Position numbers and translations under genes: made by a program | Virus record (IMG/VR): IMGVR_UViG_2728369369_000003 | Direction: 5' to 3' (one strand) | Origin: a virus | Length of the DNA: 64,000 nucleotides | Shown here: positions 44,521-54,944 of the stretch, piece by piece | How the letters are laid out: each line of letters opens with the position of its first letter | Numbering within the stretch: position 1 is the stretch's first letter | The notes under the pieces: model-generated | Told to the model about the DNA's origin: nothing | What the model saw: the letters and a program-made list of their open reading frames with translations, nothing else | Databases searched by the model: none

Positions 44521-45522
44521 TTAAAAGGAGAAGTAATCTTCTGCGTCGAGTACCATCAATGGCGAGTCACCAACAAACCATGGCGATGAATGAGCAAACT
44601 CACCAGAAACCCGCCCCATTGCTGCGCCGATCGAAAAGCCATCGCTGCGCTGATATAGCTTGCGAACCCCACACTGACCAACACCTGTAGGCATATACAT
44701 TGGCCTGCGAACGCCGGAAACCCCGGTCATACTATTTTGAGCCATACCATTCATATTTAATAGTATTGGTCGTGTTAACATACGCCACCCTGAGTTATAG
44801 GCCAGCACGCCATTATTGTATAGTTCAAGGCCATAGGTATCACGTTGAAGCCCGCCACCTCCATTTCCTGTACCAAAGATAACAACTTTAGCACGAACAG
44901 ATCTTGGCGCCGCATTACTGATATCTACCGGGTAAAAATTTATTTGCTGCGGCTCCTCATGACACGATATGCAAACAGTAGGATCAGTAGTATAGAAAAA
45001 TACCACAGAGTTATATCGATTAAATGCTGGGTTGATTCTGGACGGAGCCCATCCGTAATCTATGGTTACCTCTCCTCTGAAAAGCTCAGTGCTAAATGAT
45101 GTATCACCTGTCAACCTAAATAATGCAGACCCATTTAACACTTCCAAACCATATGTGGCTTTCTGCTGCGTTTTAGTCGGCCACGCAATGACAGCATAAA
45201 ACAGGGCAGGAATACGATAATCGGCGGTATTGGTTGTATCTATAAGCACTCGCCTTGCGCCATCAAGGCGCGAGTATCTCCGATGAAACCCCCACGGCCC
45301 TCCTATCGATAACCTGTCATAACCAGCGATGGGGGCACTATTCCAGCAATAGTAATCGTACCCATCAGGAATAACGATCCCTGTATTGAATGGCGCCTTG
45401 GCGAGATTTAAGCCATCACCAGGAACTCTTGATACTCCCAAAATTTTTGATACGGTTGTCTCGCTATTCAGTGTTAGGAATGAACCATCATCACGAAAAA
45501 TCCTCAGACCATAGTCACTCAT
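44521..45522 (-). CDS. Tail-tip associated protein with three YGL-initiated modules
   Basis: 333 aa between J and lom; DYGLRI, TYGLEV, TYGLEL. Confidence 0.75.
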   Translation of the reverse strand: MSDYGLRIFRDDGSFLTLNSETTVSKILGVSRVPGDGLNLAKAPFNTGIVIPDGYDYYCWNSAPIAGYDRLSIGGPWGFHRRYSRLDGARRVLIDTTNTADYRIPALFYAVIAWPTKTQQKATYGLEVLNGSALFRLTGDTSFSTELFRGEVTIDYGWAPSRINPAFNRYNSVVFFYTTDPTVCISCHEEPQQINFYPVDISNAAPRSVRAKVVIFGTGNGGGGLQRDTYGLELYNNGVLAYNSGWRMLTRPILLNMNGMAQNSMTGVSGVRRPMYMPTGVGQCGVRKLYQRSDGFSIGAAMGRVSGEFAHSSPWFVGDSPLMVLDAEDYFSF

Positions 45523-46314
45523 ACCAGCGTTTTCCTCAAATCTCCCAATTTTATAACTGGCCGGCCTGATTCATCATTAATCTGTATCAGATCGCTATCC
45601 ATCATTAAACCAACGCGGCTATCTTTGTGAGATCGAATGGTGAGCTGTCCATCTGGAGTAACAATAAACCTATCGTTAATATTGAGTGATTTCATAAAAG
45701 CCTCATCAATAATAACCTGGCCATTCTGAATGATGAAAGGCAACAACTCGCTGCCATTATTGGGATTCATAACGGCAAAACGATCGGCAAGTATCAGCAC
45801 TTGGCCAACGCCCCCCTCAGCCGTAGCCTGAATGCCAGCAATAACCTTTTTACCATCTTCTGTGGTCTGAACCTGCATTGACCACATGGCAGACACATCG
45901 CCCTTAAGATCTGCCTGCGCCTTGGAAATCACCTGGACAGCAGAGGCATTTTCGCCGACCTGAGCATTAACGTTATCAATCTTCTGAGATAACGCAGCAT
46001 CCTCTGTGGCAACAGTCTGAGACAACGCCTGTAATTGAGCCTTAGAGTCACCAACAGCAGACTCCAGAACCGTCAGTGCCTGATCAACTTTAGCTTCTGA
46101 ATCATTCAGTGCTTTATTAAACTCGTCACGTACCAGATTATTATCAATTCCTTTCAGAAAATCCTTTGTTATTTGGTCAGAGGTGATTTTGTCTTTCAGA
46201 ATATCGAGAACACCGTCAGCATCACTATTTACCTGACCAACAGCCTCAACGAAAGCAGACTTTCCAACCTGATTAACACTGCGAACATAAAAGTAATAAT
46301 CTGTACCTAACTTC
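44909..46314. repeat. Direct repeat copy B, partner at 1-1406
   Basis: Constant-offset match to window start. Confidence 0.95.
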
Positions 46315-48638
46315 TGGAGACCATCCTTAACCCAATAGGTAGCAATACCAAGGCGTTTAGCATTAGATTCAATCTGTCCAGCATTTGTAATACGTGTCTC
46401 TGAGAACCAAAATTCGTATTGCACATCGGAGTTGTAATATGTCTGGTGAGGTATCAGCGTTAACTGAAAATAACCAGACATTACATCAATATTAACAGGG
46501 GGCTCAGGTGCTTGTATGCTAAATCCAACTGATGTTGGCGCCCCTTGCTGGCCAATGCTATTCATTGCTCTAACAGTTAACTGATAATCACCCAACGGCA
46601 ATGAATGTAGAATAAACTCAGTCTCACTAACTGTTGCTGATGCAACAAGTCGAGTAGGATTATCTTTTGTCCCTGCACCCGATGTTAACCTAACAATAAA
46701 TTTAACCCCTTTTACTACGCGGGGTGTATCCCATTGAGCAATGGCCTGGTACAGATTATTATCTGGACGAACATTAACCGATAAATGCTGAATGGCAGGT
46801 GGGATTACTCCATGATCTGTATCTGGCAGAGGCTCGAAATGCGCGCCATTATCCACAATAGCCTCTTTCTCCGGTACATGCTGCAGCGCCGTAACGGCAT
46901 ATGTCCCGTCATCATTTTCGCGGAGCATCATGCAGCGAAATAAGCGCCGGCGCATAGATGAAAGCCGCAGTCCCCATACACCATACGCCTGAATACCGGC
47001 CGGAACTGTCTGCAGCCGCACCATATTTGGCGCAGGGAGATCAACAACAGGGATGATGATTGGCGAGCCATCGGCACCGATAAGATTCATCTCTGCCGAA
47101 CCACCTGGAGGTAGAGCAATATCACGATCGAGGGTGACCGTTCGGCTGACCGTATCAGCATCCAGTATTCGCCCACCAACTGTGACACCTGCATAATCAT
47201 TATCGCAGATTTCAATAATGTCACCGGGTAGATGGCGCAATCCCTCGGCACCGATCATGAAATCGACGGTTTGCGTCTCCAGCAATTCAGTCTGGATCAC
47301 CCATAGCCCCATACGTCGCGCTTGGCCACGCGACGTACAACCAAAGGCCTCCATTTTAAGCAGGTTTCGCCCATATCGAACGATGGCCGCCTGATCCTCT
47401 ACAAGCTCCACAGAGGCTTTCCAGCCATTCTGCGGGTCAATGTATCGCACCTCTACCGCATTATGACGATCTTTCAGTGCGCTGAATCCGTACTTAAAAC
47501 TGCCGTCAACGACATTGCTGTTTGAATACGTCCACACTTTGTCTGCGGGCCTGTCCTGCACAAACGTCATCGTCAGACCGTCCCAAACGGGCATACAGCG
47601 CATTAATGAGCAGAAGTCAGCCAGGACATCATAAACCTTTCGCTGAGTCGCTAGGTAGGCGTTACACACCACCCTCGGCTCCGTCCCACCAAACCCATCA
47701 GGAACAGACTGATCGCAATACTGTGCAATGGCATACAGGGACCAGATATCAACGTCTGCCATCCCCATACGATCGCCCATGCCATACCGTGGGTGCGTAA
47801 GCAGATCCAGCAGACACCACGCAGGGTTATTGGTATACGCCGGTTTGAAAGATCCATCCCAAATACCGGTATACACCCGCGTAATTGGATCATAGTTGGA
47901 TGGGACCCGGACAATGCGACCGCGAACGTGGTAATTCATCGTGACCTGCTGGCTGCCGAATTGCTCAGCATCCACACGCACACCAACTACAGCCGTATTG
48001 GGATAGCGCTGCTGCAGATCGATTATCTCAGTGTAACTCGACCATAATGTTTTGTTCTGTAAACGAGCAGATGTACTGTCAGGCGTATTCCTGATCATCC
48101 GAATACCGAACGGGCGTGGAGGCAAATTATCGACGACTACTGATGCTAAAAATTGCGATGTCCGCTTTCCTTGGATCGTCACATCTTTTTCCGTCACCCA
48201 GGCGCCGGCGCGCTGCACTTGAATGCTCAGATTAACGCTGGTTTCGACCTGATCACCGTCATCGGTGCCGGCAACCAATGATGAAACACCGAACGTAAAG
48301 CGCAGGCGATCGATCTCTTTTGACGTAATGGTCCTGGTTATTGGATTAGCGTTTTTCACCTCGGCGTTTAACATTGTTTCAGCGCCAGATTCCTCAAACC
48401 CATCCAGTGACGACTGCTCCTGCTCTCCAACACGGTAAACCACCGTGACACCGTGGACATTAACATTACCATCAGCATCGACAGTGGGCGTTTGATTAAC
48501 CAGGATACTCTGCAGGCCATCCACTGGCCCCTCTATCGGACCTTCACTCAACGCATCAATCACGCTGAGCAGTTGAGAAGATCGTAAATTATCAGGTGCC
48601 TCATACGGCGTATGCCCACCGCCACTACCCTTACCCAT
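45519..48638 (-). CDS. J: Tail tip / host-specificity protein J
   Basis: MGKGSGG start, DALSEGPIEG, paralog of 611-3706. Confidence 0.93.
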   Translation of the reverse strand: MGKGSGGGHTPYEAPDNLRSSQLLSVIDALSEGPIEGPVDGLQSILVNQTPTVDADGNVNVHGVTVVYRVGEQEQSSLDGFEESGAETMLNAEVKNANPITRTITSKEIDRLRFTFGVSSLVAGTDDGDQVETSVNLSIQVQRAGAWVTEKDVTIQGKRTSQFLASVVVDNLPPRPFGIRMIRNTPDSTSARLQNKTLWSSYTEIIDLQQRYPNTAVVGVRVDAEQFGSQQVTMNYHVRGRIVRVPSNYDPITRVYTGIWDGSFKPAYTNNPAWCLLDLLTHPRYGMGDRMGMADVDIWSLYAIAQYCDQSVPDGFGGTEPRVVCNAYLATQRKVYDVLADFCSLMRCMPVWDGLTMTFVQDRPADKVWTYSNSNVVDGSFKYGFSALKDRHNAVEVRYIDPQNGWKASVELVEDQAAIVRYGRNLLKMEAFGCTSRGQARRMGLWVIQTELLETQTVDFMIGAEGLRHLPGDIIEICDNDYAGVTVGGRILDADTVSRTVTLDRDIALPPGGSAEMNLIGADGSPIIIPVVDLPAPNMVRLQTVPAGIQAYGVWGLRLSSMRRRLFRCMMLRENDDGTYAVTALQHVPEKEAIVDNGAHFEPLPDTDHGVIPPAIQHLSVNVRPDNNLYQAIAQWDTPRVVKGVKFIVRLTSGAGTKDNPTRLVASATVSETEFILHSLPLGDYQLTVRAMNSIGQQGAPTSVGFSIQAPEPPVNIDVMSGYFQLTLIPHQTYYNSDVQYEFWFSETRITNAGQIESNAKRLGIATYWVKDGLQKLGTDYYFYVRSVNQVGKSAFVEAVGQVNSDADGVLDILKDKITSDQITKDFLKGIDNNLVRDEFNKALNDSEAKVDQALTVLESAVGDSKAQLQALSQTVATEDAALSQKIDNVNAQVGENASAVQVISKAQADLKGDVSAMWSMQVQTTEDGKKVIAGIQATAEGGVGQVLILADRFAVMNPNNGSELLPFIIQNGQVIIDEAFMKSLNINDRFIVTPDGQLTIRSHKDSRVGLMMDSDLIQINDESGRPVIKLGDLRKTLV

Positions 48639-48678
48639 AATGCACACCCCTCATATAACAAAACCGCCAAAAGGCGGT

Positions 48679-49332
48679 TTATGTTCTGCGACCTATCACG
48701 ACAACTTTTCCGCCGCCACCTTCATCACGGGTGCTCAGCATCTGCGAAATACGGCGCGATCCGATTAACATCTCGCCGTACAAAACCGGTAATGGGTTTC
48801 CTTGTGCAACCATGTTATCCAAGCTGGAAAAATAGGTGCTTTGCTTTCCGTTATCAGCCTGCGCCATTGATGGCGCTTTCGGCTGTGGTGCCAACATCTG
48901 CGCAACGCCACCAAGGGCCATGCTGGCACCTGCTGCGTATAGTCCAGATACTGCAGCAGCCCCCATCCAGCCAGCGGGGTTCCACCACGCCACGGCGATC
49001 ATTGCCACACCAGCGATAATCTGAAATACCCCACCGCGCTTTGCGCCGGCAGCCCGAGGAACAATATGAATAATGCCCCCATACGGCAAAGGCTCCCGCA
49101 TACGCTGAGCCACGTCTGCCGGGGTGGCAGTTAGCCCTGCGATGCGCACTTGATAATGTCCCTGCGACATCTGCTGGCGCAGGCCTGGAAGCTGTATGCA
49201 CAGCGCACGAATTCCCTCAGCGGCGGTATTTACATGGAGGTCAAATCGACTACCAAATCGTTGTAAATCCCCGTGAAAGCGGATACTTGCCAGTCCCGGT
49301 GCCTCCATATTGAGTGCGTTCGCCGTTGCCAT
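48679..49332 (-). CDS. I: Tail assembly protein I
   Basis: FHGDLQRFG, PVLYGE motifs. Confidence 0.9.
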   Translation of the reverse strand: MATANALNMEAPGLASIRFHGDLQRFGSRFDLHVNTAAEGIRALCIQLPGLRQQMSQGHYQVRIAGLTATPADVAQRMREPLPYGGIIHIVPRAAGAKRGGVFQIIAGVAMIAVAWWNPAGWMGAAAVSGLYAAGASMALGGVAQMLAPQPKAPSMAQADNGKQSTYFSSLDNMVAQGNPLPVLYGEMLIGSRRISQMLSTRDEGGGGKVVVIGRRT

Positions 49333-49967
49333 TTATCGCTATACCTCTCTCGTTTACTCAACTGATCAGGGACGTGATGTAGCAACATTCCGTCACCACA
49401 GTAAATTGCCGCATGATTCGCTACGGATGACCCAAAGCAGCACAGCACCACATCCCCAGCCTGCGCATCACTGGCGGTAACCCGGTAAAACCCGGTTTTC
49501 TCAAAGTTCTCCAGATACAGATTTTCGCCACGCTTCCACCAATCATCATCCCGATGAAAATCGGGCAACGTCAGGCCAGCGAGCTCATAGGCGTCACGAA
49601 AGAGGGTGTAGCAATCCAATATCCCGTGCTCAAACTGCCGCCCCAATAAGCGGGGAACGCAGCGAAACCGATGGATATTGCCATCGCAGACTAACCACCA
49701 CGACAAGGCGCTGGCCAACTGCAGCGTTCGGTCTCCCTCGCTGAGATAGGGCAGCCCCCCAGGATGGCTATGCACCATCGCGATAACCTCCCCCCTGGCC
49801 TGTGCCGCCAAAAAGTCCTCGGGCGCCATCCTGAAATACTGCGTAGGCTCAATAGACCGGTTTTCAAATGGCAGATATGCCGTTCTCTGATCCATACGCA
49901 CCACATAACCGCATGACTCCATCGGCGCACACTGTAAAGCATGCTCCAATATTTCATCATCAATCAT
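49230..49967 (-). CDS. K: Tail assembly protein K
   Basis: HSHP JAB motif, DCY/NHAAIY; start taken at MIDDEI. Confidence 0.9.
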   Translation of the reverse strand: MIDDEILEHALQCAPMESCGYVVRMDQRTAYLPFENRSIEPTQYFRMAPEDFLAAQARGEVIAMVHSHPGGLPYLSEGDRTLQLASALSWWLVCDGNIHRFRCVPRLLGRQFEHGILDCYTLFRDAYELAGLTLPDFHRDDDWWKRGENLYLENFEKTGFYRVTASDAQAGDVVLCCFGSSVANHAAIYCGDGMLLHHVPDQLSKRERYSDKWQRRTHSIWRHRDWQVSAFTGIYNDLVVDLTSM

Positions 49968-50024
49968 ATGATTCCTTATAGAGTAAATAGTAAGTTCATT
50001 AAGAATGACAACAAAACAGGCAAT

Positions 50025-50048
50025 AAAAAGCCCGTTCAATAACGGGCG
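50025..50048 (-). terminator. Terminator after moron
   Basis: GCCCGTT-CAAT-AACGGGC with T run on minus strand. Confidence 0.6.
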
Positions 50049-50055
50049 TATTTCT

Positions 50056-50592
50056 TCAAGCCATTAATATTGATCTATACACCATAGAGAACTCTTCTCT
50101 AAGGTCATGTGGCAGTTCCGACAAAATAAATTCAATATCATCGGAATATCTTTTTTCAATCCACTCAGAGCTAACATCAGGATTTATTTTTCTCAATTTA
50201 TAAACAACATCGGCGACTTTGCTGCTGTTAATTGTTTTTCTTCCAGCATCAACTTTGATGTATTCATTAATAGGAACACAAGAAGGAACAAAAAGATAAT
50301 CAACATTACTTTCTTTTGCCACATTAAATGCTGGTATATCACTACCACAATGCTTGCACTTAATAGCTTCTTTCTTTACTAACTCAGCGCAAAATGGACA
50401 TTTCCTCATCCCATTTTCCAGCTGTTTATCCTCTATCGCTTTATCATTCTTAGATATTAAAAGAGCGTGGATTATTGCCACAATAAACAGAAAAAAACCA
50501 TATAACCACCACGCACCAAAAGATCGCCCTTTACTCTGTGCTATGAATGCAGGAATTAATCCAAGCAATGCAGCAACAATAAATAATTCCAT
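50056..50592 (-). CDS. Membrane protein with zinc ribbon (moron between L and K)
   Basis: Two N-terminal TM segments, CPFC...CKHC, strongly AT-rich. Confidence 0.8.
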   Translation of the reverse strand: MELFIVAALLGLIPAFIAQSKGRSFGAWWLYGFFLFIVAIIHALLISKNDKAIEDKQLENGMRKCPFCAELVKKEAIKCKHCGSDIPAFNVAKESNVDYLFVPSCVPINEYIKVDAGRKTINSSKVADVVYKLRKINPDVSSEWIEKRYSDDIEFILSELPHDLREEFSMVYRSILMA

Positions 50593-50670
50593 ATCACCAT
50601 CCTCATTAGTAATGTAGCCACATACTAACAAATGATAGGTGTAAAGGTAAAAGATGATGCCACCAAATTA

Positions 50671-51369
50671 TCATTGCGATAGTTTATTAATAGACAGATA
50701 ACCACCAAAGCTGCCGATATTGCTCCTCAGCTTGCACCCCCTCGGACATCGACTGCACTGGTCAAGGGAGGGATCAACGGTTGGACTATCGAACACATCC
50801 GCCACTGGAGGGCCAGCATAACCACACTCATCTGATCGATAACGCCATGCACAAACCTCTGCGAGCATGATACGCCCGGGGAATACGGCTCCGTCAGTCT
50901 CAGTAGGGAGAGATAAAACAAACGTCGCCGTTTCTGCAGTCAGCTCTGTCAATTGCTCAACAACGTAGCGAGCCACGGCCTCCTGCTCAGGATCGGCCTC
51001 TAGGTTACCATCGGGGAAATTTTCCGCATCAAGAAACCGAGAATATACCTGCCGGCGCACAACAGAAGCCCCAACAAGGCTCTGCAAATCCTCCGCCATT
51101 CCAGTGACCAGGCCAAACAGATTAGATACGGCGAGCGAAGGGCGATTAGTTGCCCCCTTTCCCTTAATTTCGATACCCGAGCACTGAATGGGATAGGGTT
51201 GATATTGTCTCCCCTGCCACGTTACCGGCTCACCATTGTGATTTAATTCATTGCAAAAAAAGTAACGATCCCCGCCTATGGATGACAGGTCGAACTCCCA
51301 CAGATCAATGCGAGCTCCCTGCTCAGTTTTTGTGGTTTCGTTTCGGGTCTCCTGCGGAATATTGCGCAT
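50671..51369 (-). CDS. L: Minor tail protein L
   Basis: IDLWEFDL, CAWRYRSDECGY. Confidence 0.92.
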   Translation of the reverse strand: MRNIPQETRNETTKTEQGARIDLWEFDLSSIGGDRYFFCNELNHNGEPVTWQGRQYQPYPIQCSGIEIKGKGATNRPSLAVSNLFGLVTGMAEDLQSLVGASVVRRQVYSRFLDAENFPDGNLEADPEQEAVARYVVEQLTELTAETATFVLSLPTETDGAVFPGRIMLAEVCAWRYRSDECGYAGPPVADVFDSPTVDPSLDQCSRCPRGCKLRSNIGSFGGYLSINKLSQ

Positions 51370-51384
51370 TATTCCTCCTCTCAA

Positions 51385-51714
51385 TCAGGAAATCACCTGG
51401 TTAAACGTTGCTGTAAACACGGTGTTAAGCATTTCAACCCGTGACGCCCATTTCCGGCATACGACCCTGATCTGCCGATGCACATAGGGCGGCGTCCATA
51501 GGAACGCTGAAACACCGCCGTGTCGAGATAAAAACGCCTCCAGCGCGTGGGCGTCATCCCGCGAGACCTTGATTGTTACTTCATAGCTTTTCAGATCGCC
51601 ATTTAAACCGGAGGATCGGCGCTGTTCGTACCCCTCTCCGAACTTTACAACATGCACCCGTGGCTCAGACTCTACGACCATATCGGGGCGAACTTGCCAG
51701 CGAAATGTTTCCAT
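51385..51714 (-). CDS. M: Minor tail protein M
   Basis: VKFGEGYEQR. Confidence 0.92.
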   Translation of the reverse strand: METFRWQVRPDMVVESEPRVHVVKFGEGYEQRRSSGLNGDLKSYEVTIKVSRDDAHALEAFLSRHGGVSAFLWTPPYVHRQIRVVCRKWASRVEMLNTVFTATFNQVIS

Positions 51715-54620
51715 TATCGATATGCCCCGCTCAGATGACCACCATCACGCCCCTGCTGCCGCAAAAAATCAGCTGCAGCTTTTTGCCCGAGGTCATATAC
51801 GGCTTTTAGTGCCCCTGGACCTATCTCGCCATTTTTACCGTCGTTCTGAATAACAACGTTATAGTTCGGAGAAAATACCGAGCCATGTGCCCCAGCCCCA
51901 ACCGCAGTTACCGCTAAACGGCCTTTACTATCTCGGGTCAATGGCATGATCGCCTCTGGCCCTGCCTCCCCCATCAAGCCCGCCCCGCGAGCAAAAGCAA
52001 AAAAAGTTGGCTGTGAAACCACCTGGCCGCTATATGCACTCAAATCTGACGAGCGATACACGCCGCCGGATGCGTTTGCGACCAGTGGCAGGTTGCCATA
52101 TTCTCCCGAAGAAAAGGCATTAGCGCCTCCTGCTGCCGCCCCGCCGAACATGCTAAACAGCCCACCAACGGCCTTTGACAATGCCATTCGTGCAGCAATG
52201 CGGGCTAAATCAGACAGGATCGATGTTGTCAGACTACGAAAGTTAGCTTTACCACTTGATACAAAGTTTGCCAGAGAGTCGGCAGCACTACTAAACGCCC
52301 CCGTTAGCGCCTCCCCAGCGGCGCCAGCGGCATCATCCCCGGCCTCTTTAATATTTTGCATAGAGCGGCTTACGCCAATATCCCAGCGGGCCCGCTCCGC
52401 ATCAACCGCAGCATAGTAACCACGCAATGCCTGTAACCGCTGCTCTAGGCTTTCCTGCAGCATGCGGACTGCATCTGAATACTCCGTGCTACCCTTCGTC
52501 CTTTTTTGTGTGGCGCTTCGCTCTAACTCCCCCATAACCTGATCGTAGTGATCGCGGAGAACCATCTCCTGCCGTGCCCGCTCACGGGCTAGGTCACCCA
52601 TTCGAAACCCCTGCAGTTCAAATGATCGCGTCCGGCTATCTCGTTGCGCTTCTTGCTCCATCTGCATAGAGAGCTGAGAACCCTTGCGCCTCATTTCATT
52701 CAGCGCTTTCTGCTGCTCTAACGCCTTTTCCTCCGCTACGTTCTGGGAGAGTAACTTCTCTAAAATGGCGGCATTCGCCACCACGCTTTGCTCAGTTTTA
52801 GTCAGGCTGCGCCCTTTCAGGTCATCCAAACGCTGACGAAGTGCGATCAGGTCGCGCTCTGATTGTGTTAGGGTTTGCGCTCCAGCCTGTTCCAACTGCA
52901 ATGCTTCTCGGGTTTGAGCAAGGCGCTGGCTATAGCGATCTGCCAAGCTTTCCCCTTGCGGGGAACCTTGGTTACCCCGTGACTGAGATTTTGCATAGCG
53001 TTCATTTTCAGCATTGATAGCAAGGTCGATAGCATCTTTCGCAGCGCCGGAATTTCTGATCTGTTCCAGCTTCCTAATGTGTCGAGTTGCCTCGCTCTCG
53101 TACTCACGATTTAACTTTTCTGTTGCTTCAATTTGTCGTTTTTGGCGCTCTTGATCATCTCGATCTGCTTTCTCTCTGCCAGCCTTAATAGACTCTTGAT
53201 ATGATTTCTCTCCGAGTTCTCCAAGCTGTTTTTGCAATCGTAATACTAGCGACTGCTTTTCAATAATGGCCTGAGTACTTTCTTGAGAACCTAACGAGTC
53301 ACTTTTTCGCCCGAAACCATACCCAGTAGTATCTACATTCACTGACCCTTTTTTTAAATTAACCAAATCCCGTTTAGCGTTTTCAAGCTGACGGCGAGTT
53401 TCTTCCAATTTATCGCTGATTGGAACCTCACGCCCAATATTCAGCATAGAATCCCACGCCTCAGAAGCAGTATTTTTTACTGACCTCCATGCTATTTCAA
53501 GTGACCCAAGATTTTCACGCATTTCTGCTGTACGGGTATTAATAGCTGCCGCATACGCATTCATGGCCACTCTAGCCGCCTCCTGCTCTCGCCCCTGAGA
53601 AGCAAGCGTAGTGATCTGCTCCAACTGCGCCGCCGTCAGAAAATGTATCTGATCATCAAGCGTCTTTACCGCTGCTACTGGATCTTGCTGCAGCCGCTTA
53701 AACTGCTCGATGGTTGAGTCAATTGATGCTCCAGTTGACTTTTCAAGGCGCGCAGCAGCATTAGCAACCATTTCAACAGATGAACCAGAAAATGCACCAG
53801 AGCCAACCGTCTGAGCCAATGCCGATGCCATACTCCCTTGAGACAGACCATCGCCAGACATAGCTCGCGCCAGCGCTTGTAATTCCCCCGTCGTTTTCCC
53901 GGCATAGCTACCCGTCATAATCAGATTGCGATTAAACGCCTGCTGCTCCTGCTCGGCCTTATACAGCGCATATGCCAACCCACCAATACCGCCGGATAAT
54001 GCTACGACGCCTAGCGCTGCGGGTGAAATAACCGAACTTAACGCGACAAACGTATTCTTTATGCCGCCGAAGGAGTCCTTAATCTGCCCGCCTTGCTGCA
54101 GCAGGATGAGCAGAGGATTTTGACCACCCGCCAACTGCGTAACCACGTCAGTCATCTGCGCCGGTAACATGCCAACGGCGCTACGGTATTGTCCGACTGA
54201 GATGTTCATTTTTTTGAGCATCTGATCTTGCCGCTGCATAGCCGCGGTAGCCTGCCCAAACGCGGCCGCATGCAGCCGCTCTTTAGCCTGTGTCTGTTCC
54301 AGATCTCGGGACAGAATTTGCATGGCGCGCGAATACTCTTCCGTTGAGATTTTGCCATCACGAAGTGACTGCTCGACCTTGCGCTGCTTTACTTCAAGGG
54401 CGTCCATAGACCGCAACGTCGGATCGATTGAACGCAGGAGGCGTTGCGTTGCCCGGACTTGGGCTGCCGTAAATTTATCGGCGCCGTCTTCTGTCGCGGC
54501 AGCCGCGGACCGCACTTCCTCGTTCACGATCTGAATATCATCGCGAGCTTTTTGCATCGACTCACGGAACTGCGCCGTGTTAGCGCCGATAAATATCTCA
54601 AGATCAGTTTCACTGGCCAA
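51714..54620 (-). CDS. H: Tape measure protein
   Basis: LPAQMTDVVTQLAGGQNPLLILLQQGGQIKDSFGG and GEAGPEAIMPL lambda-H motifs; TTG start overlapping T. Confidence 0.93.
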   Translation of the reverse strand: MASETDLEIFIGANTAQFRESMQKARDDIQIVNEEVRSAAAATEDGADKFTAAQVRATQRLLRSIDPTLRSMDALEVKQRKVEQSLRDGKISTEEYSRAMQILSRDLEQTQAKERLHAAAFGQATAAMQRQDQMLKKMNISVGQYRSAVGMLPAQMTDVVTQLAGGQNPLLILLQQGGQIKDSFGGIKNTFVALSSVISPAALGVVALSGGIGGLAYALYKAEQEQQAFNRNLIMTGSYAGKTTGELQALARAMSGDGLSQGSMASALAQTVGSGAFSGSSVEMVANAAARLEKSTGASIDSTIEQFKRLQQDPVAAVKTLDDQIHFLTAAQLEQITTLASQGREQEAARVAMNAYAAAINTRTAEMRENLGSLEIAWRSVKNTASEAWDSMLNIGREVPISDKLEETRRQLENAKRDLVNLKKGSVNVDTTGYGFGRKSDSLGSQESTQAIIEKQSLVLRLQKQLGELGEKSYQESIKAGREKADRDDQERQKRQIEATEKLNREYESEATRHIRKLEQIRNSGAAKDAIDLAINAENERYAKSQSRGNQGSPQGESLADRYSQRLAQTREALQLEQAGAQTLTQSERDLIALRQRLDDLKGRSLTKTEQSVVANAAILEKLLSQNVAEEKALEQQKALNEMRRKGSQLSMQMEQEAQRDSRTRSFELQGFRMGDLARERARQEMVLRDHYDQVMGELERSATQKRTKGSTEYSDAVRMLQESLEQRLQALRGYYAAVDAERARWDIGVSRSMQNIKEAGDDAAGAAGEALTGAFSSAADSLANFVSSGKANFRSLTTSILSDLARIAARMALSKAVGGLFSMFGGAAAGGANAFSSGEYGNLPLVANASGGVYRSSDLSAYSGQVVSQPTFFAFARGAGLMGEAGPEAIMPLTRDSKGRLAVTAVGAGAHGSVFSPNYNVVIQNDGKNGEIGPGALKAVYDLGQKAAADFLRQQGRDGGHLSGAYR

Positions 54621-54936
54621 ATCGCACCCCCCCAGGAATAAATGTCGCGGCCGCCATAATTTGATCGTCTCCCATATCTTCCTCGGGCTCGAGCGCTTCA
54701 TCGCCGGCAGTGATTAGGCAAAAATCCTGCATAGAGACCTCATCACTCTTTCCGCCTGCCAACAGGAACTGATTCAGCTTCAGGGAAGCAAACTCGCAAT
54801 CAACCAGATCAACAAAGAAGGGGCGGGTAGCATAGTAATCTGCCCACGTTTTAAACTCCGTGCAGCTCATAGAGGACAACCAGCGCCGCCAGTCAGCGCG
54901 CCGGAACTCTCGCGCCAGTCCCAAAACAAAGGCCAT
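54610..54936 (-). CDS. T: Tail assembly chaperone T
   Basis: FVLGLAREFRRADWRRWLSSMSCTEF..W; -1 frame of G. Confidence 0.9.
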   Translation of the reverse strand: MAFVLGLAREFRRADWRRWLSSMSCTEFKTWADYYATRPFFVDLVDCEFASLKLNQFLLAGGKSDEVSMQDFCLITAGDEALEPEEDMGDDQIMAAATFIPGGVRFGQ

Positions 54937-54944
54937 TTCCCGCC

